From: Candidatus Hodarchaeota archaeon
GTDB lineage: Archaea; Asgardarchaeota; Heimdallarchaeia; Hodarchaeales; Hodarchaeaceae
DNA: 20,310 bases
NCBI GenBank assembly: GCA_029856365.1
Contig: JAHQWW010000069.1
Location: 1-20,310, forward strand
Direction: 5' to 3'
This document shows positions 8,556-17,505 of this stretch, one piece after another. The translations under genes were made by a program, and so were the position numbers. The notes under the pieces are model-generated. The model did not search any database and had not been told where the DNA came from. It was given only the letters and a program-made list of their open reading frames with translations. The number at the start of each line of letters is the position of its first letter. Position 1 is the stretch's first letter.

Positions 8556-10259
8556 TTATGAATCCCATTTTCCTTCAGATCTCAGCTTTTGAGCGATTTC
8601 TTCACCTTTCTGCCTTAAAATCATATAGTCTGTTTTACCAACACGAGTCAGAGGAATTTCTCCTGTTTTTATTATTTCAAAGTGACTTGGACGCTTATAA
8701 GCTGCTATTTCCTTCATTACTTCTTCTAGCTCTGTTACTGTGAGTTCTTGTCCTTCTACCTTCTCAATAAAAGCCATGATTCCTTCAGTATATATTTCGT
8801 GGGGAATACCAACACACGCAACTGTACCAACTTTTCCTTTGAATGATTGTTCAATAAAATCTTCAACTTCGGTCGGAAACACATTATAACCTTTAGGTTT
8901 AATTATAAACTTGGCACGACCAGCAAAATGAAGTCCTGTATCATCATAAGACCCTAGATCACCTGAATAACAAATTTGATCAGTTGAAATAACTTTCTTG
9001 GTGTTTTCTTCATCGCTATAATATCCAAGAAACACTTGCGGGCCCGAAAAGCAGATCTCTCCGACTTCGCCTGGATTCTTTTCATCACCCGCTGAACCAT
9101 CTGGTTTCATGGGATCTCTAATTGAAATAGGACTGATAGGCATGTCATAACCTATACTAGTTAAGATATCATCAACTGTACCACCTTGAGGGGTATAAGT
9201 AAGAAAACCAGCACTTTCAGTTAATCCAAAACCTGAACCCATTTCAGGGGCCATCATTGACAACTTTTCTAGGAAAGGCCGAGTAACAGCCTGACCACCA
9301 TAGATTGCGAAGCGTAAAGATGATAAATCATACTCGTTGTAATTAGGGAGTCGCCACTGCATCGCAAAAAGTGCAGGAATCTGGCCAAGCACAGTAATCT
9401 TGTATTTTTGGATTGCATCTAATGTTTTTTCAGCATCAAAAATGTGGAGGATCACACTGGCACCTCCACCATAAATTGTCGTTGCTAACTGTTCAGTGGT
9501 ACATCCCACGTGACTTGGGGGGAGATTAACGCACATGATGTCCTTTTCATCCATACCAAAGCCAACAGCAAGGCCAATATTTTGTACCAGGATGTTATCA
9601 TGGGAAAGCAGTGCGGGCTTAGGAAATCCAGTTGAACCAGTAGTAAAGATGATTAAACATGGATCATGTTTATGCACTTGTTTCTGTGCTTTTTTCACCT
9701 TTCCTGTTATCAGTGCTTTGATATATGTTCCCTTGATGCCCTTAATGAATTCGGTAATGCCGATAGCACCGTCCATAATAAGATCTTCTTCTTTCTGAAA
9801 TTGTACCCAATATTTACAGGAATCTTTATAATTCTTCATAACTTCAGTAATCATTGGTCGGAAATCTGCTTGTTCGGTCTTTCCTAAGAAGAAATATATT
9901 TTTGGTTTAATTTTTTCAAAATTTCGATTGATTTCCTGAGCTTTAAGTCTCAAATCTAGGGGTGCAATAATCACTCCAATGCGATAACAGGCATACATCA
10001 AGTAAACGTGTTCTTTCAACAACGGAAGGGAAGTTGCGACAATATCTCCCTTTTTCATTCCGATGGATAATAGTTTTGCTGCGAATGCTTTAGATTTTGT
10101 TGCGAAATCTTTCCAAGTAATCTCTTCTCTAGTGTTATATTCTATGAGCGCTAGCTCTGAACTCTTTTCTTTTGCATAGCGATCTACGTAATCAAACATT
10201 CGGGGGAGTAGTTCATCATACCTTTTCTTACATTCTTCATCCATTGATGGGTCTTTCAT
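8556..10259 (-). CDS. Acyl-CoA synthetase / AMP-binding (class I adenylate-forming) enzyme
   Basis: IIFTTGSTGFPK P-loop, GFGLTES, GEICFSGPQVFLGYY, YSGDLG, GRAKFIIKPKGYNVFPTEVE, IPLTRVGK. Confidence 0.94.
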   Translation of the reverse strand: MKDPSMDEECKKRYDELLPRMFDYVDRYAKEKSSELALIEYNTREEITWKDFATKSKAFAAKLLSIGMKKGDIVATSLPLLKEHVYLMYACYRIGVIIAPLDLRLKAQEINRNFEKIKPKIYFFLGKTEQADFRPMITEVMKNYKDSCKYWVQFQKEEDLIMDGAIGITEFIKGIKGTYIKALITGKVKKAQKQVHKHDPCLIIFTTGSTGFPKPALLSHDNILVQNIGLAVGFGMDEKDIMCVNLPPSHVGCTTEQLATTIYGGGASVILHIFDAEKTLDAIQKYKITVLGQIPALFAMQWRLPNYNEYDLSSLRFAIYGGQAVTRPFLEKLSMMAPEMGSGFGLTESAGFLTYTPQGGTVDDILTSIGYDMPISPISIRDPMKPDGSAGDEKNPGEVGEICFSGPQVFLGYYSDEENTKKVISTDQICYSGDLGSYDDTGLHFAGRAKFIIKPKGYNVFPTEVEDFIEQSFKGKVGTVACVGIPHEIYTEGIMAFIEKVEGQELTVTELEEVMKEIAAYKRPSHFEIIKTGEIPLTRVGKTDYMILRQKGEEIAQKLRSEGKWDS

Positions 10260-10464
10260 ATTGAGAACCTCACTTAATTATCTTTAAGTAAAGCATTCAG
10301 TCAATGTATTACTTTAAGCTTTTTGATGAAAGATAATTGAGATTCTCTAAACAGGATTTTTTTCCCTTACCAAAACATGAAGAAGCTTATTTTCTCATCT
10401 ATCCTTCCCACTTCCGAATTAGTTCTTTGGCTTCTGTTGCATATGCCGCAGTCTTTACTTAGCT

Positions 10465-11073
10465 TCATGGATATTCATAATATTCTCTGAAGGTATTGAA
10501 TATCTCATCATAAGGGAGATCAGCATAGGTTCCTCTGTCATTGATATATTCTACAAATATGTTACCAGCATTATCATAGGGTTTAAAGGTCGCATCATCT
10601 ACTCCATTAAATGTGCACACTGGAAAATTATGTCGTTCACAAAGAGGGGTTTCGAATGAGGGTGTGAGTTTTATCCATTTTCCTAGGTGAACTTCAGCAT
10701 ATCCGTGAAATATCATCACATTAGTTTTTAGGAGTTCTAGAATATGGGGAGGTATTCTATGATTAATAATATCTGCGAAATGAAGTCGAGCAGGAATGTT
10801 ATTCGCCCGTAAAAGAGCAACTAATGCAACTGATTTAGGAATACAGAATCCAAACTCTTTTTTTATCGTCGCACTCGCTTTCATATCTTCAGGAGTCTCA
10901 TAGCGAGTAACATCAATTGTATATTTGATATTGTCCCGCACATAATTGAATGTCGATATTGCTAAGTCCACCTTCTCATTGTGTTCCGAACTGAGTTTCT
11001 GGGCTAAATTTATAACAACATCCGATTCTGAGTCAATAAAAAACGTTGATTTGAGATAATCACTTGAAACCAT
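10465..11073 (-). CDS. Transglutaminase-like (Cys-His) domain protein
   Basis: FNYVRDNIKY, GFCIPKSVALVALLRANNIPARLHFADIINH, FHGYAEVHLGKWIKLTP: transglutaminase core fold. Confidence 0.9.
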   Translation of the reverse strand: MVSSDYLKSTFFIDSESDVVINLAQKLSSEHNEKVDLAISTFNYVRDNIKYTIDVTRYETPEDMKASATIKKEFGFCIPKSVALVALLRANNIPARLHFADIINHRIPPHILELLKTNVMIFHGYAEVHLGKWIKLTPSFETPLCERHNFPVCTFNGVDDATFKPYDNAGNIFVEYINDRGTYADLPYDEIFNTFREYYEYP

Positions 11074-11087
11074 GAATTAATCCTACC

Positions 11088-12029
11088 TTAAATTTTGGGA
11101 ATTATTGGTAAATTTCTCTGAAAATTAGAAACTTGGTAAAAATGATTCACTCTTTCAATTTTTTCAAGACTAATTTCGAGCTCATCTGATATCTTTCTTA
11201 ATTGCCAACTGGCCTGTATTCGAATTAAAATGTTGTCAACGGCATCTGATTCCAGCTCAAAGAAGTATTGATACTTATTTTGAACTCCTGGTATGATGTC
11301 TGTGTATGCACGATCTCTAATTTCTTTTGGTACATTAAGATACTGTGCTAGTTGCAGGACTTGCGTACGATAAAGATCACCCAGTGGCATAATGTCTGCA
11401 GCATGTCCGTAACCAAAGGTAGTAAATAAGCCTGTTAACCATTCAGTTTTGTTTGTCTTGCTTACTAGGAGTAAGTTCTCTCTTTCAGCTATTAAATATG
11501 CAAGAATGATTTTCAATCGCTTTCTCACTTTGTTTTGAGCTATTATTTGTTGAAAAAACTTTTCTTGGTCAGATTTGGACTTCCCAACATATGTAAACGT
11601 TTTTTGTTCCACGATCTTCCGAACAAGATCAGTCTGTAGCAACAGATGATTGATATTGTGCTGATGAGAAATCGGTATCCCACCTCCTCCAATTTCTGGA
11701 AGAAGATTTTCTACTGCATCAAACTGTTTAGAGATTTTATTGATATTAAAACTAATAATTTTCTCATTTTTGATGGCTAACATTTTTGTAGCAATAGATG
11801 ATATTTCTGCTCTTCTCAATTTTGGGACATCGCTGATAATTATTAACTTAACACCTTCAAGACCTCTGGCTTCAATTGCTAAAATAGCTGTGGTAAATGA
11901 ATCAAGCTGACCGCTGAAAACGACCAACAAACCATTGGATTCTCGCTTAGTCATTGTTTCTTTTATGTTGGTAATAATTTTTTCTTTGACTTCAGTAGGT
12001 TCAATTACCAAGTTGACTCTTGACACCAT
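11088..12029 (-). CDS. nadE: NH3-dependent NAD+ synthetase (NadE)-like protein with degenerate active-site motifs
   Basis: VVFSGQLDS (cf. SGGxDS), LLVSKTNKTEWLTGLFTTFGYG (cf. GTxNKSE...GYFTKYGDG), ADIMPLGDLYRTQVLQLAQYLNVPKEI. ATG at 12029 (ORF track GTG 12035). The symbol denotes homology only. Confidence 0.8.
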   Translation of the reverse strand: MVSRVNLVIEPTEVKEKIITNIKETMTKRESNGLLVVFSGQLDSFTTAILAIEARGLEGVKLIIISDVPKLRRAEISSIATKMLAIKNEKIISFNINKISKQFDAVENLLPEIGGGGIPISHQHNINHLLLQTDLVRKIVEQKTFTYVGKSKSDQEKFFQQIIAQNKVRKRLKIILAYLIAERENLLLVSKTNKTEWLTGLFTTFGYGHAADIMPLGDLYRTQVLQLAQYLNVPKEIRDRAYTDIIPGVQNKYQYFFELESDAVDNILIRIQASWQLRKISDELEISLEKIERVNHFYQVSNFQRNLPIIPKI

Positions 12030-12091
12030 TATCACATTCTAAATGAGGACGTAATTAAGGATTTAAATTCACTTTTACTCAAAAAAAGTGT

Positions 12092-13531
12092 CTATTGTTT
12101 ATACAGGTTTTTATAATAATCAATAGGAGGTTTTGCGCCATCTGGTAATGGGCTTTCAAAAGGGGTTTTTTTGATTTTCTCTTTAAACTCCTTTCGTGCT
12201 TTCTCCACTAATTCAGGATTTTGAAGTAGTTCTATTGCAGCGAGGCTTAGTATTTTTGCAGCATTAATCATGCCTTTATGACCAATACTCATTCCATTTT
12301 GAGCTACAGCTTGCCAAGAATGACCAGGAGTACCAATGGTACCGCAAGCCGTTGCAAATTGTGCTAAAGGGGTTACCCAACTCACGTCTCCCACATCAGT
12401 TGAACCACCTAGAGTGATTCCTCGACCAAAGATAGGACAAATTACATCACAAAATTCCTTGTCCCTGAACTGTTCAAAAAAAGGGCGTGCTTCTTGTGGA
12501 AGTGTTGCTAATGTATTGTCAAAAAAGTTTTTAGGAAAAGTTTTTCTAATTTGACGAGCAAATTTGAGCTCTTCTTCAGTGTATTGTGAGGGCCCAACTA
12601 CTTCCATTTTTTTATGTAATAAATCTTCTAAGGTCTCATTAGGCAATAGATTTGCTGATCCACCAAGAAGAATCACATCGACTTCCGTTTCTGTCATAAG
12701 AGCTGCTCCCTCTGCAACTTTAAGTACTCTTGGATAGAGTGCTTTGACATCCTTGAGAGTAGGGGCTCTTACATAATACCAAACTTCTGCATCATCAGGA
12801 ACTATATTAGGAGCTTGACCACCTTTTGTAATAACATAATGAATTCGAGCATCTGGGATCATATGTTCTCTGAGATAGTTACATCCAACGTTCATAAGCT
12901 CAACAGCGTCAAGAGCTGACCGACCATTAAAAGGGTCACCTGCAGCATGAGCTGTTTGCCCTTTAAAACGGAAAACAACATTATACATCGCTTGAAAATT
13001 ATTAGCAATGACAAAATTTACATCCCAAGGATGCCAGGTGAGAGAAATATCGACATCATCGAAAACACCAGCATTTATCATCCATCCTTTTCCGTCAGCA
13101 TTTTCTTCAGCTGGAGTGCCATAAAATCGAATAGTGCCCTTCACTTCTCCTGATTCTATTGCCTTCTTGACAGCTAAGCAAGCTGCCAAACAAGCTGCGC
13201 CAAACAGGTTGTGTCCACAGCCATGTCCAGGTGCACCTTCTTCGATGGGCCTTTTTACTGGCTCTGTAGCTTGACTAAGTCCTGGTAACGCATCATATTC
13301 CCCCAGAATAGCAATAATAGGATCTTCTGTTCCATAACTCGCTACAAACGCTGTTGGCATATCTGCCACACCCATCTTTATTGTAAAGCCAATATCTGCA
13401 AGAGTATCCGCTAACAATCTTGAGGACTTTTTTTCAAATAGTCCTAACTCTGCATAACCCCAAATTTCATCACTGATCTTGATAAACTTCTCTTGATTCT
13501 TTTCTAACCATTCTAAAATCTTATCTGACAA
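12092..13531 (-). CDS. abgB: M20 family amidohydrolase, p-aminobenzoyl-glutamate hydrolase subunit B (AbgB)-like
   Basis: ILGEYDALPGLSQ, GHGCGHN, YGTPAEE, LTWHP, AHAAGDPFNGRSALDAVELMNVGCNYLREH, GGSTDVGDVSWVTP, PGHSWQ. TTG start after GGTGG. Confidence 0.92.
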   Translation of the reverse strand: MSDKILEWLEKNQEKFIKISDEIWGYAELGLFEKKSSRLLADTLADIGFTIKMGVADMPTAFVASYGTEDPIIAILGEYDALPGLSQATEPVKRPIEEGAPGHGCGHNLFGAACLAACLAVKKAIESGEVKGTIRFYGTPAEENADGKGWMINAGVFDDVDISLTWHPWDVNFVIANNFQAMYNVVFRFKGQTAHAAGDPFNGRSALDAVELMNVGCNYLREHMIPDARIHYVITKGGQAPNIVPDDAEVWYYVRAPTLKDVKALYPRVLKVAEGAALMTETEVDVILLGGSANLLPNETLEDLLHKKMEVVGPSQYTEEELKFARQIRKTFPKNFFDNTLATLPQEARPFFEQFRDKEFCDVICPIFGRGITLGGSTDVGDVSWVTPLAQFATACGTIGTPGHSWQAVAQNGMSIGHKGMINAAKILSLAAIELLQNPELVEKARKEFKEKIKKTPFESPLPDGAKPPIDYYKNLYKQ

Positions 13532-13620
13532 TATTAACCACCGAGATTAGATATTTTGGTTCGATTACTTTTTAATCTCATTTCTGGAAATCGTTCAAAA
13601 AATGTTTAGGTGAAATAATT

Positions 13621-15693
13621 TTGGGACTTTTTGATGACAAAGTAGTTGTGATCACTGGTGCTGGAGGGGGAATCGGTCGTGCTCATGCTTTAAGTTTTGC
13701 ACGAGAAGGGGCTAAAGTAGTTGTCAATGATCTTGGAACAGCTCGTGATGGTTCTGGTTCCACGATTTCCATGGCAAACAATGTTGTTGAAGAGATTAAA
13801 GAACTTGGTGGAGAAGCTGTAGCAAATTATGATGATGTTGTGGATGGGGGAGCTCGTATCATTAAAACTGCTTTAGATAATTATGGGAAAATAGATATAC
13901 TAATTAATAACGCAGGAATTCTTAGAGATAAGACACTCATCAAAATGGAGGATGAAAGTTGGGATAAAGTTCTAGATATTCATCTACGAGGAACTTTTAG
14001 TTGTTCCCAGGCTGCTGCAAGAATAATGAAAGAGCAAGGAACAGGAGGGCGTATAATTAATACAACATCACTTGCGGGGTTAATGGGTAATTTCGGGCAA
14101 GCTAATTATGGCTCAGCAAAAGCTGGAATTTATGGTTTCACTAAAACAGTAGCCCTTGAGCTTGCACGATATGACATCACAGTAAACTGTATTGCTCCCA
14201 TGGCCAAAACACGTCTGACTGAGGATATTGACGGTGTCCCTAGCGAAATGACCCCTGAGCATGTTACTCCCATGGTTCTATTTCTTGCTAGTGATAAAGC
14301 TTGTGATATCACTGGCCGTATTTTTGGAATTCACGGTCAGCATTTATTTGAATATCAAATGAAGACAACTCCTGGAGTGGAAAAAGAAGGATATGAACTT
14401 TGGGCTATGGAAGAGATTGCAGAAAGATTTGAGGAAATTACAACTTTTCCAGAAGTTCCAACAAAAACAGAACTAGAAGGATCATCAATTGATGATGTTT
14501 TCCTCTTGATGCCACAGGCCTTTATACCAGAAGAAGCTGAAGGTTGGGAAACGACTCTGCATTTCGAATTAACAGGAGCAGATGACTGGTGTGTTATAGT
14601 TCATGATAGTAATGTTTCCGTATCAAAAGATATACCAGAGGAACCACGATGTGTCATTAAGATGAGCAGTGAAACCCTACAGAAGATGATTGAGGGGACT
14701 CTTGATCCAACAAAAGCATTTGTAGCTCAAAAAATTAAAGCTAGTCGATTACCTGAATTAGTTAGGTTTGATAAAGCCTTTTCCCTCAAAAAATTAAAAG
14801 AAATAATGCAATCAACAGAGAGTATTTCTGGTACAAGTAAAGAACCACTAGAAAGTGGTCTTGATCCTAATATTGTTGGTAAGATCTATGAGGGATCAAT
14901 AGAAACCGTTGATCCAGAAAAATCAATAGCTTATGCTAAAGCTACGAATGAAACAAACCCACGATATTATGAATCTGATGAAAATAAGCTAACTATCCCA
15001 CCTCTTTTCCCAGTAACAATGTTGGTTGATCCAATGAAACAGATTGTTGCGGATGACACACTAAACCTCGACATTTTCCGAATGGTTCACGGTGAACACG
15101 AAATCCTATACCATCGACCATTAAGACTATGGGATAAGATCAAGATAAAGGTTGAATTAGACTCTATTGATGTTAAAGAAGCAGGAGATGTTTTGTGGGC
15201 TAAAAATTTAGGTTACGCAGGAGAAGAGCTTGTTTTTGAAATGCGAGCTGGAATGTTTTTCAGGAAACCGAGAAAAGGAGTTCGATCCAAGAGAAAGGAA
15301 AAAGAAATTGAAAGAGAGATAATTATTACAAAAAAGATGAATGTTACTCCTGATCAGTCTGTTCGTTACGCAGCTGCCTCTGGAGACGATAATCCTATTC
15401 ATGTAGATAGAGATATAGCTTTGGCTGTTGGATTACCTGATATCATTCTTCATGGATTATGTACTTTAGCTTTCGCAACACAGGCCATTGTCGACGGTCT
15501 GGCAGAAGGAGATCCTACAAAGGTCAAAAGAATAAAAGTAAGATTTTCAAAACCAGTCTTCATGGAGGACACGCTTACTACAGAAGGATGGTTACAGGAG
15601 GAAAACAAAACAAGTAAAATAATTGGGTTTGAAACCAAAAATGAAAAAGGAGATGCTGTACTGAAACTTGGATCTATAGAACTCTTAAAGTAA
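13621..15693 (+). CDS. Multifunctional SDR dehydrogenase + SCP2 + MaoC-type double hot-dog (R)-enoyl-CoA hydratase fusion (MFE-2-like)
   Basis: aa 1-275 SDR (TGAGGGIG, VVVNDLG, NNAGILRD, NFGQANYGSAK); aa ~289-388 SCP2-like (LHFELTG..W...GTLDPTKAFVAQKIKAS); aa ~413-690 hydratase (VHGEH, YAAASGDDNPIHVDRDIA, ILHGLCT, VRFSKPV). TTG start after AGGTGA. Confidence 0.93.
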   Translation: MGLFDDKVVVITGAGGGIGRAHALSFAREGAKVVVNDLGTARDGSGSTISMANNVVEEIKELGGEAVANYDDVVDGGARIIKTALDNYGKIDILINNAGILRDKTLIKMEDESWDKVLDIHLRGTFSCSQAAARIMKEQGTGGRIINTTSLAGLMGNFGQANYGSAKAGIYGFTKTVALELARYDITVNCIAPMAKTRLTEDIDGVPSEMTPEHVTPMVLFLASDKACDITGRIFGIHGQHLFEYQMKTTPGVEKEGYELWAMEEIAERFEEITTFPEVPTKTELEGSSIDDVFLLMPQAFIPEEAEGWETTLHFELTGADDWCVIVHDSNVSVSKDIPEEPRCVIKMSSETLQKMIEGTLDPTKAFVAQKIKASRLPELVRFDKAFSLKKLKEIMQSTESISGTSKEPLESGLDPNIVGKIYEGSIETVDPEKSIAYAKATNETNPRYYESDENKLTIPPLFPVTMLVDPMKQIVADDTLNLDIFRMVHGEHEILYHRPLRLWDKIKIKVELDSIDVKEAGDVLWAKNLGYAGEELVFEMRAGMFFRKPRKGVRSKRKEKEIEREIIITKKMNVTPDQSVRYAAASGDDNPIHVDRDIALAVGLPDIILHGLCTLAFATQAIVDGLAEGDPTKVKRIKVRFSKPVFMEDTLTTEGWLQEENKTSKIIGFETKNEKGDAVLKLGSIELLK

Positions 15694-15984
15694 GATAAAT
15701 CGCTAATATTACCTTGAATCATGTTATTTCTTATTGTTTTCCCTACATTTCAACCAAACGTCGAGATTCAACAGCATACTGCATGTCCAATTTTTTCCAG
15801 ATCATCTACTCAACCATTTCTCGATTTGGGTTAATTTGCATATTATTTCCGATTAGTTGTGATATAAAACGGATAAGCAAAGCCAAATACCTCTTATTCT
15901 AGAATCACAGAAACTAATCTCAATATTTTCTTCTTTTTAATCTCTACTTTTATTGTGAGGTTCATTACGAATAAATATTAATTA

Positions 15985-17370
15985 TCATAATGGAGTAATA
16001 AACTTTCCATATCCCTGTTCGACATGAAACTTACCACTTTCATATACAACATTCCCCCTCACAAGTGTTTTCTCAATTGTTCCTTTTAACTTCCTCCCAT
16101 CAAATACTGTTATTTTCGGTTTAGTGAATAAATTTTCACTTTTTAATGTGTATTCCTTTTGCATATCGATAATAACAAGATCAGCATCAGCACCTAATGC
16201 AATAGTTCCTTTACGGGGATATATTCCAAACCTTTTCGCAGGAATTGTTGATGTCGATTCAACAAGTCTTTGTAGTGTTGTTTTTTTTCTATTTACAGCA
16301 TCTATCATTAAAGGAAGAAGTGTTTCTAAACCAGTTGTTCCTGACCCGACTTCGAAAAAATTATTATTTCTTTGATTTACATCCTTTTCATCATCTGAAT
16401 AGGGGGAATGGTCTGAAGCGATCATGTCGATTGTGCCATCGTTCAACGCCTGCCACGCAGCGATAACATGGTCTCTTGATCGCAGTGGTGGATCTACCTT
16501 AGCCCATGATCCTATTTTCTCACCATCTTCAGAAGTTAGAAAAAGATGATGTGGTGTTATTTCACAAGTAACATCCCAACCCTTCTGTTTTGCTCTTCTA
16601 ATGAATTCAAAGGCATTTTTTGAACTCATATGAACGAGGTTAAGCTTAACATTAGCATGATGCGCTAGTAAAATTGCCCTTATACAGGCCTCATCTTCAG
16701 CAATAGTAGGTCTAGATTCTGTGTGAGCTTTAAAGTCTTTTTTTCCAACTGACAGCCTTTTGATTTCATTAGCTATAATAGCGTTATTCTCAGCATGAAC
16801 ACTACTGACAAGTCCTGTTTGGGCTATTTTAGAAAATATTTTTAATAAGAAATAGTCATCTTTAGCTGCAAGATCTTTCAGTTCAGCTTCTTCTTCCGAG
16901 GGGTTAATCATAAATGTTTTAAAAGCAATCGCTCCTTTCTGGGCCGATTCAGAAATGGTATCAATACTCGAATAGCCAGCTGACCCAATTATCCCAAAAT
17001 CTACCAAGCATTTCTTTCTCATGACTTCTAACTGCATATTAAATACTTCAAGTACAGATTTCCCCACGATACCAAGAGGCATCTCTAATACAGTTGTAAT
17101 TCCTCCAGCAGCAGCAGATCTCGTTCCTGTTACAAAAGTTTCTCTATAATCAAAGATTAAATCCAAGATATGAGTATGTACATCAATCACACCTGGGATA
17201 ACTATTTTCCCCGAAGCATTGATGGTTTCTGAAGCTTTTGGTAGAGTACTTTCTTTACCTATTACTACTATCTTTCCTTGATCAATACCTAAGTTTGCTT
17301 CGACAAGGCCATCTTCAAGGAAGATTTTAGCGTTGACTATGTTTAGATCTACTATTATAATAACCTCCAA
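15985..17370 (-). CDS. Allantoinase/dihydroorotase-family binuclear metal cyclic amidohydrolase
   Basis: PGVIDVHTH, AAAGGITTVLEMP, FKTFM (carbamylated Lys), VHAEN, LVHMS, CEITPHHL, PPLR, ASDHSP, KGTIALGADADLVI. Start uncertain by a few codons. Confidence 0.92.
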   Translation of the reverse strand: MEVIIIVDLNIVNAKIFLEDGLVEANLGIDQGKIVVIGKESTLPKASETINASGKIVIPGVIDVHTHILDLIFDYRETFVTGTRSAAAGGITTVLEMPLGIVGKSVLEVFNMQLEVMRKKCLVDFGIIGSAGYSSIDTISESAQKGAIAFKTFMINPSEEEAELKDLAAKDDYFLLKIFSKIAQTGLVSSVHAENNAIIANEIKRLSVGKKDFKAHTESRPTIAEDEACIRAILLAHHANVKLNLVHMSSKNAFEFIRRAKQKGWDVTCEITPHHLFLTSEDGEKIGSWAKVDPPLRSRDHVIAAWQALNDGTIDMIASDHSPYSDDEKDVNQRNNNFFEVGSGTTGLETLLPLMIDAVNRKKTTLQRLVESTSTIPAKRFGIYPRKGTIALGADADLVIIDMQKEYTLKSENLFTKPKITVFDGRKLKGTIEKTLVRGNVVYESGKFHVEQGYGKFITPL

Positions 17371-17505
17371 AAATGTAAGGAAAGACGATCAGTTGAAAAA
17401 TATATAGTGAAAGGTTGAATTTTTACATGTCTTTTATGTTTAACACCAATATATAATTTCCCTCCTAAGATAATGTGTTTTTGAGGCTTTACCCTTATCG
17501 AAGTA

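Noticed and set aside
15694-15984. 290-bp gap between convergent genes, including ORF 15714..15902 and a stop-riddled minus frame (EVFGFAYPF...VDDLEKIGHAVCC)
   Set aside because: No SD, no recognisable motif, no tRNA or stable-RNA structure seen; it may be decayed coding DNA but I cannot support that.
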